Assembly: GCA_016927395.1 (NCBI GenBank)
Contig: JAFGMU010000009.1
Location: 1-49,617, forward strand
From: Alphaproteobacteria bacterium
GTDB lineage: Bacteria > Pseudomonadota > Alphaproteobacteria > Rs-D84
Length of the DNA: 49,617 nucleotides
Direction of reading: 5' to 3'
Under the pieces are notes generated by a model. It was not told the origin of the DNA, did no database searches, and saw nothing but the letters and a program-made list of their open reading frames with translations. Made by a program: the position numbers and the translations under genes. Every line of letters starts with the position of its first letter. Positions within the stretch are counted from its first letter, which is position 1. Positions 17,762-25,880 of the stretch are shown here, piece after piece.

Positions 17762-18592
17762 TTAATCCACTGAAACGATAAATATCCCAAGTTTGTTTGC
17801 CAGTTTTATAACTTCTGGTTTATTAACAACAAAACATGTTTTTGTGTTTACAACAATTCCACGCAGTTTTGCCGCAGCAACAGATTTTACTGTATCAATT
17901 CCAATTGCAGGAATATCAATTCGCAAATCCTGGCCAGGTTTTGTCATTTTTGCAAAAACTCCGCTTATCGTTTGTTTTTTACGACTTCCGCGAAATGCAA
18001 TAACACGTTCCAACATACGATGTGTGCCTTCGGCTGCTTCGACTGCAATGACCTGTTTATCAACAACAACAGATGCACCAATATCTTCTGTGCCTATTGT
18101 ATGTGAAACCGCCACTGCGCGTTCAATATCTTTTTTGTCGCGAGCCGATGGTTTTGTTTTTGTTTGAACACCAGATTTTTCAAAAGTCAGTTCTGGTGCC
18201 AAATCCTGGGCAGCGACGACTTCGAATCCTTTTTTACCCAATGCCTTGGTTAATGCAACAGCCATAGAATCATATCCTTTTTGATTTTTCATAATACTTA
18301 ACAATGCAGATATTGACCAAAAATCTGGCCAAATATCAGACAAATTCGGATGCCCAATTGCACCAACAAATGTCAGTTTTTTAATTCCCCGTTTTTTACA
18401 TTCGCGCGCAGCAGTACCACCACCACCCAAGCGAATTATCAAATCAGGCTTTAACCGAGGGTCATAAAATCCACGCAGACCAATAACATAAACGTCCCAT
18501 CCGTTTTTACGCAGAGCATCGCGTGTAAAAAAAGGCAAGTCCAATGCACCTGCGAATAATGCTATTTTTTTATCTGTATTATTTTTCTTCAT
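17762..18592 (-). CDS. lpxI: UDP-2,3-diacylglucosamine pyrophosphatase LpxI (DUF1009)
   Basis: IALFAGALDLP, GAIGHP, VVVDKQVIAVEAAEGT..ML, and DIPAIGIDT blocks characteristic of LpxI. Confidence 0.75.
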   Translation of the reverse strand: MKKNNTDKKIALFAGALDLPFFTRDALRKNGWDVYVIGLRGFYDPRLKPDLIIRLGGGGTAARECKKRGIKKLTFVGAIGHPNLSDIWPDFWSISALLSIMKNQKGYDSMAVALTKALGKKGFEVVAAQDLAPELTFEKSGVQTKTKPSARDKKDIERAVAVSHTIGTEDIGASVVVDKQVIAVEAAEGTHRMLERVIAFRGSRKKQTISGVFAKMTKPGQDLRIDIPAIGIDTVKSVAAAKLRGIVVNTKTCFVVNKPEVIKLANKLGIFIVSVD

Positions 18593-18679
18593 GTTATTAA
18601 TAATACGCGCAAATCACGCTGGAATCAAGTTTGATTTTATGGTAAAATTCATAGTAATTAGACTTAGGTGAAAAGTTTT

Positions 18680-19450
18680 ATGAAAAAAATATCAATACTT
18701 GGTTTGTTTTGTTCTGCTTTTGTTGTATTTAACGGTGCAATTGCTAGCTATGATGATGCACGTTTCCGCAGGGAAGTTTCTGATGGTGTCGACGTGTTCA
18801 CAGCAAAAACAAATGTAAAGGTTCAACAGGACGAAGCACCAGGTCAACTGGGATTAGAGGTTTATCAAACCAAGACAGAGATACCAGAAGGTGGATTGGG
18901 TATATTTATTCCAACAACAATGTATGTTCGTTTGGGTGGTGGTGTTAATTTGGGATTTGCATCCGATAAAGCAAGTTTGGGTAATACATCAACTGAATTA
19001 TCAGGCGGTTGGGATGCCCAGATGGGATTGGGTTGGAACTTGTCATCATATGTCAGAACGGAATTGGATTTTCAAACCCAGACTTTCAAATTCTCGCAAA
19101 ACCAAGATGCACTGGCAACCACAAGAAATTTTGGCGGAAATTTGTATTTTGATTTTGCCAGACGTTATGTCAGGACTGGTGATGTAATAAGACGCAGAAC
19201 TCTGGTTCCGTTTATGGGATTGGGTGCGGGTATTGGAAATTATAACTTTGAAGGTTTAAATGGCGCAAACGGTGACTTTGTCGCACCACGCGCAATACTG
19301 GGATTAAATGTTATGGTTAATGATTTAGTTGGTATAGATTTGGCATACCAATATCAGATGTTTATCGGAAATGGTTTTGGATGGAATACCAGCAATGGTG
19401 GTGTACAAAGCCTTAGCGATTTAATGCTTTCTATCAGAATGAATTTTTAA
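18680..19450 (+). CDS. outer-membrane beta-barrel protein
   Basis: Signal peptide, alternating-hydrophobicity strands, C-terminal ...LSIRMNF. Confidence 0.7.
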   Translation: MKKISILGLFCSAFVVFNGAIASYDDARFRREVSDGVDVFTAKTNVKVQQDEAPGQLGLEVYQTKTEIPEGGLGIFIPTTMYVRLGGGVNLGFASDKASLGNTSTELSGGWDAQMGLGWNLSSYVRTELDFQTQTFKFSQNQDALATTRNFGGNLYFDFARRYVRTGDVIRRRTLVPFMGLGAGIGNYNFEGLNGANGDFVAPRAILGLNVMVNDLVGIDLAYQYQMFIGNGFGWNTSNGGVQSLSDLMLSIRMNF

Positions 19451-19463
19451 ACAGGAATCGAAA

Positions 19464-20111
19464 ATGAATTTTAAATTTGTACCATATTTATTTTGTTTTT
19501 TACCATTTACGGCTAATGCTGCTATGCCGTATATTTCAGAACAAGTAAATAGTTATTCAGAACAACAAAATGGTAAAAATGATTCCCAAGCGTTTGCACG
19601 CGAAAGACGTTTTTATGTTGGTGGTGGTTATAACTTTTCTATGTGGCAATCTGGTGCAGATGATACAGTCAGTATTTCCGGTAAAAACACATATTCGTTC
19701 GAGGGTATGGTTGGTGTGCGTTTTACAGATACATTCAGATTGGAAGCCAATTATTATAATTTGAAAGCAGATTGGGATGCATTTTCTATTTCTGGAAACA
19801 CATTCTTTGTAAATGCATTGTTTGATGCTAGAATTGACAGTATGTATCGATTCTTCCGCAAACAAGTGTTTGTCCCATACGTTGGATTTGGTGCAGGTTT
19901 GTCATGGAATTCAATCGATGGTGCAAACGTTGAAAACAAAATTACCCAAGGTGTTTCTGCGCTGGCAGGTATTGGTATTGAAATGGGTGACATATTTACA
20001 TTGGATTTAGGATATAGATATTTTTACATGTTTTCACCGAAGTTTGATGTAATAGAAAATTTTTCACCAATTGCACACCAGTTTCGAATCGGTGCACGCA
20101 TAAACTTTTAA
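19464..20111 (+). CDS. outer-membrane beta-barrel protein (OmpA-like 8-strand class)
   Basis: Signal peptide ...FTANA, beta-strand periodicity, C-terminal RIGARINF. Paralog-like neighbour of the preceding ORF. Confidence 0.7.
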   Translation: MNFKFVPYLFCFLPFTANAAMPYISEQVNSYSEQQNGKNDSQAFARERRFYVGGGYNFSMWQSGADDTVSISGKNTYSFEGMVGVRFTDTFRLEANYYNLKADWDAFSISGNTFFVNALFDARIDSMYRFFRKQVFVPYVGFGAGLSWNSIDGANVENKITQGVSALAGIGIEMGDIFTLDLGYRYFYMFSPKFDVIENFSPIAHQFRIGARINF

Positions 20112-20115
20112 TAAA

Positions 20116-21039
20116 ATGAAACAATGTCCCTTTTTTGGCAAATGTGGTGGATGTAAATTTGATTTTACTTCGCCTGATTATAATGAATCGAAAATATCTT
20201 TGTTAAAAAATTTGCCAATAACCAATAATCCAATTTGGATTCCATCAAAACAGCGTCGTCGCGCTGATTTTGCATTTTTAAATAATGTTTTTGGTTTTTA
20301 CCGGGCTGGTTCAAAAAATATTATACCAATTGATAGTTGTCCGCTGTTGACAGAACAGATGAATAAATTCTTGCCAGAAGTTTATTCAATGCCATGGACG
20401 GGCAGTGGTAGTGTTTTGGTAACACAATGCGATAATGGTTTTGATATTTCTGTTGTGTCCCAGGTTCCATATTTTACGACTGAATTTAAAAAAGCTGCGG
20501 ATAAAAGCAATGCTATCAGAATTGTTTGGAATGATAAGATTGTAAAACAAACCCAAAAACCAATTATTAAATTTAATGATATTGTTGTTGAATATTTGCC
20601 GAATGCTTTTTTACAGCCAAGTAAAGCTGGTGAAGATGCATTGCGAAACCTGGTTAATTCTGCTGCACGTGGCAGTAATAAAATTGCAGATTTGTTTTCG
20701 GGTATGGGTAGTTTTACATTTGCATTGAATGCCGACGGATTCGATATATTTGGAAATGGTATAAAAAGAGATTTATTCAAAAAACCACTTACTGTTCAAA
20801 ATTTAAAAAAATATGACTGTGTTGTTATGGATCCCCCCAGGGCAGGTGCGATATCACAGTGTGAAGAATTAGCAAAAAGCGATGTGAAGAAGATTATTTA
20901 TGTTTCGTGTAATCCCCAGACATTTATGCGGGATAAAATAATATTGGAACGCGGTGGTTTTGAAATGACAGAATTAACACCGGTTGATCAATTTGTTGGA
21001 TCGATTCATTGGGAATTGGTCAGCGTTTTTAAAAAATAA
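20116..21039 (+). CDS. TrmA/RumA-family RNA (uracil-5)-methyltransferase without a TRAM domain
   Basis: CPFFGKCGGCKF Fe-S cysteine motif, DPPRAG, YVSCNP. Confidence 0.8.
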   Translation: MKQCPFFGKCGGCKFDFTSPDYNESKISLLKNLPITNNPIWIPSKQRRRADFAFLNNVFGFYRAGSKNIIPIDSCPLLTEQMNKFLPEVYSMPWTGSGSVLVTQCDNGFDISVVSQVPYFTTEFKKAADKSNAIRIVWNDKIVKQTQKPIIKFNDIVVEYLPNAFLQPSKAGEDALRNLVNSAARGSNKIADLFSGMGSFTFALNADGFDIFGNGIKRDLFKKPLTVQNLKKYDCVVMDPPRAGAISQCEELAKSDVKKIIYVSCNPQTFMRDKIILERGGFEMTELTPVDQFVGSIHWELVSVFKK

Positions 21040-21052
21040 TTAAAAAATTTAT

Positions 21053-21245
21053 AAAAAAATCCCGCCGTCTGGCGGGTTTTTTTGAATGTCCAAGAAAGGA
21101 AGGAAAGGAGAAAAAGAATATGGACATTCTAAACTGTAAAAAAAGAGGCCCAAAGTCCAGAGGAGAGAGAATGTAGGAGGGAGTCTGAATCTCCGGGCCT
21201 TCCCAGACGCTTTGCATCTGTGCCAAAGAATTTTCATCCCTCGAC
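21053..21245 (-). ncRNA. candidate small RNA (~190 nt) with CU-rich loops
   Basis: Minus-strand TTGACA-N16-TATATT promoter (21279-21252). Three hairpins follow, then the intrinsic terminator at 21083-21055. The only ORFs here run through the terminator. Confidence 0.5.
21055..21083. terminator. bidirectional terminator
   Basis: aaaaaaatCCCGCCgtctGGCGGGttttttt. Confidence 0.85.
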
Positions 21246-21251
21246 AACTGA

Positions 21252-21279
21252 AATATAATACATTTATTTTATTTGTCAA
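21252..21279 (-). promoter_or_regulatory. sigma-70-like promoter for the candidate sRNA
   Basis: Minus strand TTGACAaataaaataaatgtatTATATT. A second TTGACA lies 13 nt further upstream. Confidence 0.5.
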
Positions 21280-21438
21280 GATAAATTGTCAAAAAATATT
21301 TTTTGTATAAAATGTTGGGTCTTTTACGGTTTTTTACCTAGGAAATCTTACCTGGTTTTTATAGTTGAAATAAAAATAGAATTCAATCATAATTAGAACA
21401 TAGTCCTAGGAATTAAGGACTTAACAGGGGAGAGAAAA

Positions 21439-21681
21439 ATGACACACGAAGATATATGGATGGCCATAGAGAACTTTGCAGTTGAACATAAGATGTCCTG
21501 TTCTGGACTTGCAAAAAACAGTGGACTGGACCCAACTACTTTTAACAGAAGTAAAAGATGGTCCAAAGAGGGTCAGCCCAGATGGCCTTCGACTTTAAGC
21601 ATATCAAAAATATTGAATGCCACAGGTTCTGATATTTCAGAACTGACAAAGTTTATACACAATTCTGGGAATAATTTTTAA
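21439..21681 (+). CDS. small HTH DNA-binding protein (phage-repressor N-terminal-domain-like, no peptidase domain)
   Basis: IWMAIENFAVEHKMSCSGLAKNSGLDPTTFNRSKRWSKEGQPRWPSTLSISKIL resembles the N-terminal HTH of alphaproteobacterial S24-type repressors. Strong SD ggggagag. Confidence 0.65.
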   Translation: MTHEDIWMAIENFAVEHKMSCSGLAKNSGLDPTTFNRSKRWSKEGQPRWPSTLSISKILNATGSDISELTKFIHNSGNNF

Positions 21682-21704
21682 TCAAGACTCCTTGTTTGTG
21701 AAGA

Positions 21705-21732
21705 AAACCACCGAGTAATTCGGTGGTTTTTT
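21705..21732 (+). terminator. intrinsic terminator
   Basis: aaACCACCGAgtaatTCGGTGGTtttttt. Confidence 0.8.
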
Positions 21733-21799
21733 AGCGAAAATATAATCGGCTATTTTTCCTAAAAAGTTTGCAACGGTCTTTTTTATTGTTTAATATGGC

Positions 21800-22222
21800 A
21801 TGATGTTAAATGGAATCAGTATCTATGCGACCAATAAAGTATGGCGTAAAATCTTGATTGATTTGGGCGCCACTCTTGTTGACGATTCTAAGCTTGCTGA
21901 TTTGAACTTCGATTCGCTGGAAGTTCCTGATAATTTGACACCAATAGAATTACAGTCGATAATATTGAATACAATTGATACCAACCAACGCGAAATAATA
22001 AAAAAAATATTTAAAAAATCAGAAGTTCTGCCCAGTTTGCAAAAAAGTATAGTTGTTTTGCTGTATAAAACTGGTGGAATATCTGCATCGGACTTAAAAT
22101 CTGTTATGGGGTATTCGCCTGATATTGCTACTCATACAATTGATACAGCTATTTATCAGCTTAGAAAAACATATGGTAAAGATTTTATAAAAAATGAAAA
22201 CGGAAAATATTTTATTGGATAA
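21800..22222 (+). CDS. receiver-less OmpR/PhoB-type winged-helix protein
   Basis: C-terminus LPSLQKSIVVLLYKTGG...HTIDTAIYQLRKTYGKDFIKNENGKYFIG fits the Trans_reg_C pattern. The N-terminal 60 aa is not a receiver domain. Confidence 0.55.
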   Translation: MMLNGISIYATNKVWRKILIDLGATLVDDSKLADLNFDSLEVPDNLTPIELQSIILNTIDTNQREIIKKIFKKSEVLPSLQKSIVVLLYKTGGISASDLKSVMGYSPDIATHTIDTAIYQLRKTYGKDFIKNENGKYFIG

Positions 22223-22225
22223 CTG

Positions 22226-22888
22226 ATGTCATATAAATTGATTTCTTTGAATAAAATTCCCAGTACGCAGACATATGCGCATGAATTGATTGTGAAAGAA
22301 AATGCTGCAGACAGAACTGTTGTTATGGCTGAATCCCAATCTGCTGGTCGTGGACGTTACAGAAGAACATGGGTTTCACATCATGGAAATTTATATACCA
22401 GCTTTATTTATGCAATAGAAGAGCGAGATCCAAAATTATCATATGCTGTCGCTGTCGCAATTGCTGAAACTTTGATATCATTTGGTATAAGTCCAAATAT
22501 AAAATGGCCAAATGATATTTTAATAGATGGAAAAAAAGTTAGTGGTGTTTTGATTGAATATGCAAAAGATTTTGTTATTGTTGGAATTGGCATAAATATA
22601 AAAACAAATCCAAAAGTTGCAAAATATGAAACAACTAAATTAAATAATTACAAAGAAATAAATAAATCCGAATTATTATCTTCTTTGATGAAGTTTTTAG
22701 ATGTTTGGTTGGGTCGGGATTTTCTGGTTGTTAGAAAAAGATGGATGGAATTGGCAGCTGGATTAAACAAAATTATAACACATCGTGGACGTTCCGTTGA
22801 ATTAATAGGTATAAATGAAGATGGCGCATTGGTTTTGCGAAATGGTTCAGAATATATAATGACATATGGTGATGAAATAAGTATCTGA
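22226..22888 (+). CDS. birA: biotin--[acetyl-CoA-carboxylase] ligase (class I, no HTH)
   Basis: QSAGRGRYRRTWVS (GRGRxGRxW motif), KWPNDILIDGKKVSGVLIE. Confidence 0.9.
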   Translation: MSYKLISLNKIPSTQTYAHELIVKENAADRTVVMAESQSAGRGRYRRTWVSHHGNLYTSFIYAIEERDPKLSYAVAVAIAETLISFGISPNIKWPNDILIDGKKVSGVLIEYAKDFVIVGIGINIKTNPKVAKYETTKLNNYKEINKSELLSSLMKFLDVWLGRDFLVVRKRWMELAAGLNKIITHRGRSVELIGINEDGALVLRNGSEYIMTYGDEISI

Positions 22889-22933
22889 ACACCTTGAATT
22901 CATTAGGGTTTTTAAGATTTATATTTTTTTATA

Positions 22934-22962
22934 TTGACTTTTTTATCGTTTTGTGATAGTAT
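22934..22962 (+). promoter_or_regulatory. near-consensus sigma-70 promoter with extended -10
   Basis: TTGACT-N17-TAGTAT with TGa immediately upstream of the -10. Confidence 0.55.
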
Positions 22963-22988
22963 TATAAAAGTAAAAGTACAAAATATGC

Positions 22989-23012
22989 CCGCACAATGAT
23001 GCGGTTTTTTTT
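22989..23012 (+). terminator. leader terminator 1
   Basis: CCGCAcaatgaTGCGGtttttttt, about 20-40 nt downstream of the predicted TSS. Confidence 0.5.
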
Positions 23013-23035
23013 ACTTTTTTAATTACACAAGATTT

Positions 23036-23062
23036 AACCCGTAAATTTTTTACGGGTTTTTC
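23036..23062 (+). terminator. leader terminator 2
   Basis: AACCCGTAAAtttTTTACGGGTTtttc, a 10-bp stem 26 nt before the first gene of the particle cluster. Confidence 0.65.
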
Positions 23063-23087
23063 TTTTGCTATAAAAAGGAAATATCAT

Positions 23088-23498
23088 ATGCATTTGACGA
23101 TTATAAAAAATCCAGACGAATCAAAAATAGTCATGTATAAAATTGCAAGATTGGTTTATGCGGAAACTTTTGGTTCATCACTGGCTGCTGTGGAAGCTTT
23201 AACGTCAATGATATCTAACTTATGCATAACTTCAAAAAGAGAACTTTCTGACATAGCCCAAGATAATAATATTTTCGAATCATTAAACAAAAATTCAAAG
23301 CGTAATAAATATCTGTCAATTGATAGTGGAAATCGGAATTTTAAAATGTGCATTCGTGTAGTTCAAAGAATGTTTAATGGAAATTTACCAGATTCTTGTT
23401 TTGGCGCAACAAAATTTCATCATATCGAGGTGTTGCCAGATTGGGCCAGATCACGTGGATATATCGCAGAAATAGACGGTTTATTATTTTACTTATAA
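23088..23498 (+). CDS. cell-wall hydrolase (SleB/CwlJ Hydrolase_2 family), endolysin candidate
   Basis: IARLVYAETFG...ATKFHHIEVLPDWA...IDGLLFY follows the Hydrolase_2 pattern. Confidence 0.65.
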   Translation: MHLTIIKNPDESKIVMYKIARLVYAETFGSSLAAVEALTSMISNLCITSKRELSDIAQDNNIFESLNKNSKRNKYLSIDSGNRNFKMCIRVVQRMFNGNLPDSCFGATKFHHIEVLPDWARSRGYIAEIDGLLFYL

Positions 23499-23518
23499 AT
23501 TTTAAAAAGGGACTTGTT

Positions 23519-23710
23519 ATGGAAAAAATTATAACAGGCGGCTTTATGGCCGGAAAGAGAACGTATATAGTGTCGACCGTCGGAATACTTTCTGCGATCG
23601 GTGCATATTTAGTCGGAGATACCACGATATTTGGTGCTCTGCAAACAATTTTTACATTGGGTGGAATATATTTTCTGCGTAAATCAAATGAAAATAAAAG
23701 GAAAAAATAA
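23519..23710 (+). CDS. holin-like small membrane protein (63 aa, 2 TM, basic tail)
   Basis: MEKIITGGFMAGKRTYIVSTVGILSAIGAYLVGDTTIFGALQTIFTLGGIYFLRKSNENKRKK. Placed directly after the hydrolase. Confidence 0.5.
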   Translation: MEKIITGGFMAGKRTYIVSTVGILSAIGAYLVGDTTIFGALQTIFTLGGIYFLRKSNENKRKK

Positions 23711-24367
23711 ATGAATAAAATTCCAGAAAAATTTCTGAACGAAGACGGAACATTGAACTCTGATGCTTTGGTAAAGTCTTATTCTGAACTTGAAAAAAAA
23801 ATAGGGTCAATGATTTCTGTGCCAGATGAAGATTCAGATCCAGATGTGCGTGAAAAATTTAATCGCGCAATAGGTGTTCCAGATGATGCCAGTCAATATC
23901 CACAAAATGTTTTGTTTGAAGATGAATCGGTTCGTAATAAATTTTATGAAATTGGTTTGACTGCAAAGCAAGTTGAAAAAATTTATGAAATCGCAGATGA
24001 ATTTTTGTCACCAGTGTTATCAGAAGTTTTTAGAACACAATATGAATCAAACGCAATTTCTGATTTGAAAAAGTTTTTTGGTGACGAAGATAAAATGAAA
24101 GATGCAATAAAAGAAATAAATGCATTCGGACAAAAATTTTTACCAGCCGAAGCATTCGAAGCTCTAAGCGCTACACCCCAGGGAATTCAAAGCATTTATA
24201 AGATGATGCAATCAATGGAACCAACTGTTAGAACCGATAATAATGCTGCACAAAATTTTTCAGATTCAGATTTAAGACGAATGATGCGAGATCCAAAATA
24301 CTGGCGCGAACAAGATCCAGAATATGTTCGCAAAATCGAAAGCGGGTTCAAAAAATTATATTCATAG
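23711..24367 (+). CDS. capsid scaffolding/assembly protein candidate
   Basis: N-terminus MNKIPEKFLNEDGTLNSDALVKSYSELEKKIG is typical of podovirus scaffold proteins. Acidic, helical, and sits upstream of the capsid gene. Confidence 0.55.
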   Translation: MNKIPEKFLNEDGTLNSDALVKSYSELEKKIGSMISVPDEDSDPDVREKFNRAIGVPDDASQYPQNVLFEDESVRNKFYEIGLTAKQVEKIYEIADEFLSPVLSEVFRTQYESNAISDLKKFFGDEDKMKDAIKEINAFGQKFLPAEAFEALSATPQGIQSIYKMMQSMEPTVRTDNNAAQNFSDSDLRRMMRDPKYWREQDPEYVRKIESGFKKLYS

Positions 24368-24468
24368 ATTTTTCACTTTCTTCTTTACTAATTTTTTGGT
24401 TTTAGATAAAATAAGTTACAAGAACAAAAAAATTTGTTCTACCGAGAAAACTTAAAAGGAGAGAAAGA

Positions 24469-24762
24469 ATGGCATTTACATTCTTAAAACCAGCCGCAAA
24501 AAAACCAGCTGTAAAAAAACCAGCTGCAAAAAAACCGGTTGCTAAAAAGCCAGCTGCAAAAAAACCAGCTGCCAAAAAAGTAGTTGCTGCAAAACCAGCT
24601 GCTAAAAAAGTAGTTGCTAAAAAGCCAGCTGCAAAAAAACCAGTTGTTAAAAAAGTAGTTGCAAAAAAAGTTGTTGCTAAAAAACCAGTAGCAAAAAAAG
24701 TTGCAATGAAAAAGCCAGCTGTAAAAAAACCAGCTGCTAAAAAGAAAGTTGTAAAAAAATAA
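24469..24762 (+). CDS. histone H1-like Lys/Ala/Pro repeat protein (97 aa)
   Basis: About 17 tandem (P/V)(A/V)(A/V)KK pentapeptides. By my count 37 Lys and no acidic residue. Strong SD aaaaggagag. Confidence 0.75.
   Translation: MAFTFLKPAAKKPAVKKPAAKKPVAKKPAAKKPAAKKVVAAKPAAKKVVAKKPAAKKPVVKKVVAKKVVAKKPVAKKVAMKKPAVKKPAAKKKVVKK
24478..24750 (+). repeat. 15-nt coding tandem repeats (aaaaaaccagctgca-type)
   Basis: Degenerate 15-nt periodicity encoding the AAKKP units. Confidence 0.8.
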
Positions 24763-24763
24763 T

Positions 24764-24791
24764 AAAAGTCCTGCAATTGCGGGACTTTTTA
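24764..24791 (+). terminator. intrinsic terminator after the H1-like gene
   Basis: aaaAGTCCTGCaattGCGGGACTttttt. Confidence 0.8.
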
Positions 24792-24819
24792 TTTCCAGGT
24801 TAAAAGATTACAACAAATT

Positions 24820-24848
24820 AAAACACGCCCACAGGGCGCGTTTTTTTA
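24820..24848 (+). terminator. second intrinsic terminator
   Basis: aaaacaCGCCCacaGGGCGcgttttttt. Confidence 0.7.
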
Positions 24849-25026
24849 TTCGGTTTGATTTAATCTTTTAATTTTGATTCGCGGATAATTCTGGATGTCT
24901 TTGATAGATATTATTTGAACCCGCTTATTTTATTATTTGGCGCGATGATTCGCATAACCAGAAAATAAAATTCCCCTGATGCGCATTTTATGCGTTTTTT
25001 AATTTAAAAAACAAAAGGAAAATTTT

Positions 25027-25854
25027 ATGTCTGTTTCCATAGATCAAGTCTTCGTAAAACAATTCGAAGCTGATGTTCATTTGGCTTATCAGCAAATGGG
25101 CACCAAACTGCGTTCAACTGTTCGCAGCAAATCTGGTATTATCGGCAGTTCTACCACTTTCCAAAAAGTAGGCAAAGGAACAGCTGCAACAAAATCCCGC
25201 CATGGTATCGTGCCGGTTATGAATCTGAATCATGAACCTGTTGAATGTATGTTACAGGATTACTATGCAGGCGACTGGGTAGATAGTATGGATGAATTAA
25301 AAACAAATATTGATGAACGTCGTGTCGTTGCTTCGGCTGGTGCATATGCATTGGGACGCAAAACAGACGAATTGATTATTGATGCTATGAACGCTGCAAA
25401 TGTTGAAGTTGGCGATTACACAACAAATTTGACCAAAGATTTGATTTTATCTGCTGTAGAACAGTTAAATGCAAATGATGTGCCAGATGATGGTCGTAGA
25501 TTCGCAGTAGTTGGTGTTCAGCAATGGAATCAATTATTGTCAATGGATGAATTTGTATCTAGTGAATATGTTGGTGGCGAAACACCATTGGTATCAGGAT
25601 TTGAAACTAAAAAATGGTTGGGATTGGTTTGGGTATTACACAATGCTTTGCCAATAAACGAATCTGGTCGTGATTGTTTTATTTATCACGCAGCCAGCGT
25701 TGGGCACGCATGTGGACAAGAAGTTAAAACGGATATCAGCTGGCATGGTGAACGTGCTGCGCATTTTATATCCAACAGCATGTCCCAAGGCGCCGTTTTA
25801 ATTGATGCAGACGGTATCGTACGTATTAAGTGCGATGAAACTGCTTCTATCTAA
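25027..25854 (+). CDS. major capsid protein, T7 gp10-like
   Basis: VFVKQFEADVHLAYQQMGTKLRSTVRSKSGIIGSSTTFQKVGKGTA parallels T7 gp10 (LFLKVFGGEVLTAFARTSV...VRSISSGKSAQFPVLGRT). Position is scaffold > capsid > tubular proteins. Confidence 0.75.
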   Translation: MSVSIDQVFVKQFEADVHLAYQQMGTKLRSTVRSKSGIIGSSTTFQKVGKGTAATKSRHGIVPVMNLNHEPVECMLQDYYAGDWVDSMDELKTNIDERRVVASAGAYALGRKTDELIIDAMNAANVEVGDYTTNLTKDLILSAVEQLNANDVPDDGRRFAVVGVQQWNQLLSMDEFVSSEYVGGETPLVSGFETKKWLGLVWVLHNALPINESGRDCFIYHAASVGHACGQEVKTDISWHGERAAHFISNSMSQGAVLIDADGIVRIKCDETASI

Positions 25855-25880
25855 TTTAAAATAACCAAAGGAAAATAGAA

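Noticed and set aside
21029-21279. 72-aa and 76-aa minus-strand ORFs in the sRNA candidate region
   Set aside because: Both read straight through the rho-independent terminator hairpin. They have low-complexity composition and no SD, so a non-coding RNA is more likely.
24478-24750. Short regular DNA repeats that could superficially suggest a CRISPR-like array
   Set aside because: The period is 15 nt with no unique spacers, and it is fully explained by the coding AAKKP pentapeptide repeats. No CRISPR array is present anywhere in the window.
24402-24776. 124-aa minus-strand ORF rich in F/A/G/T repeats
   Set aside because: It is the antisense shadow of the Lys/Ala/Pro repeat gene. It lacks an SD and runs into the terminator. 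The plus-strand ORF has a strong SD and a clean stop and terminator.
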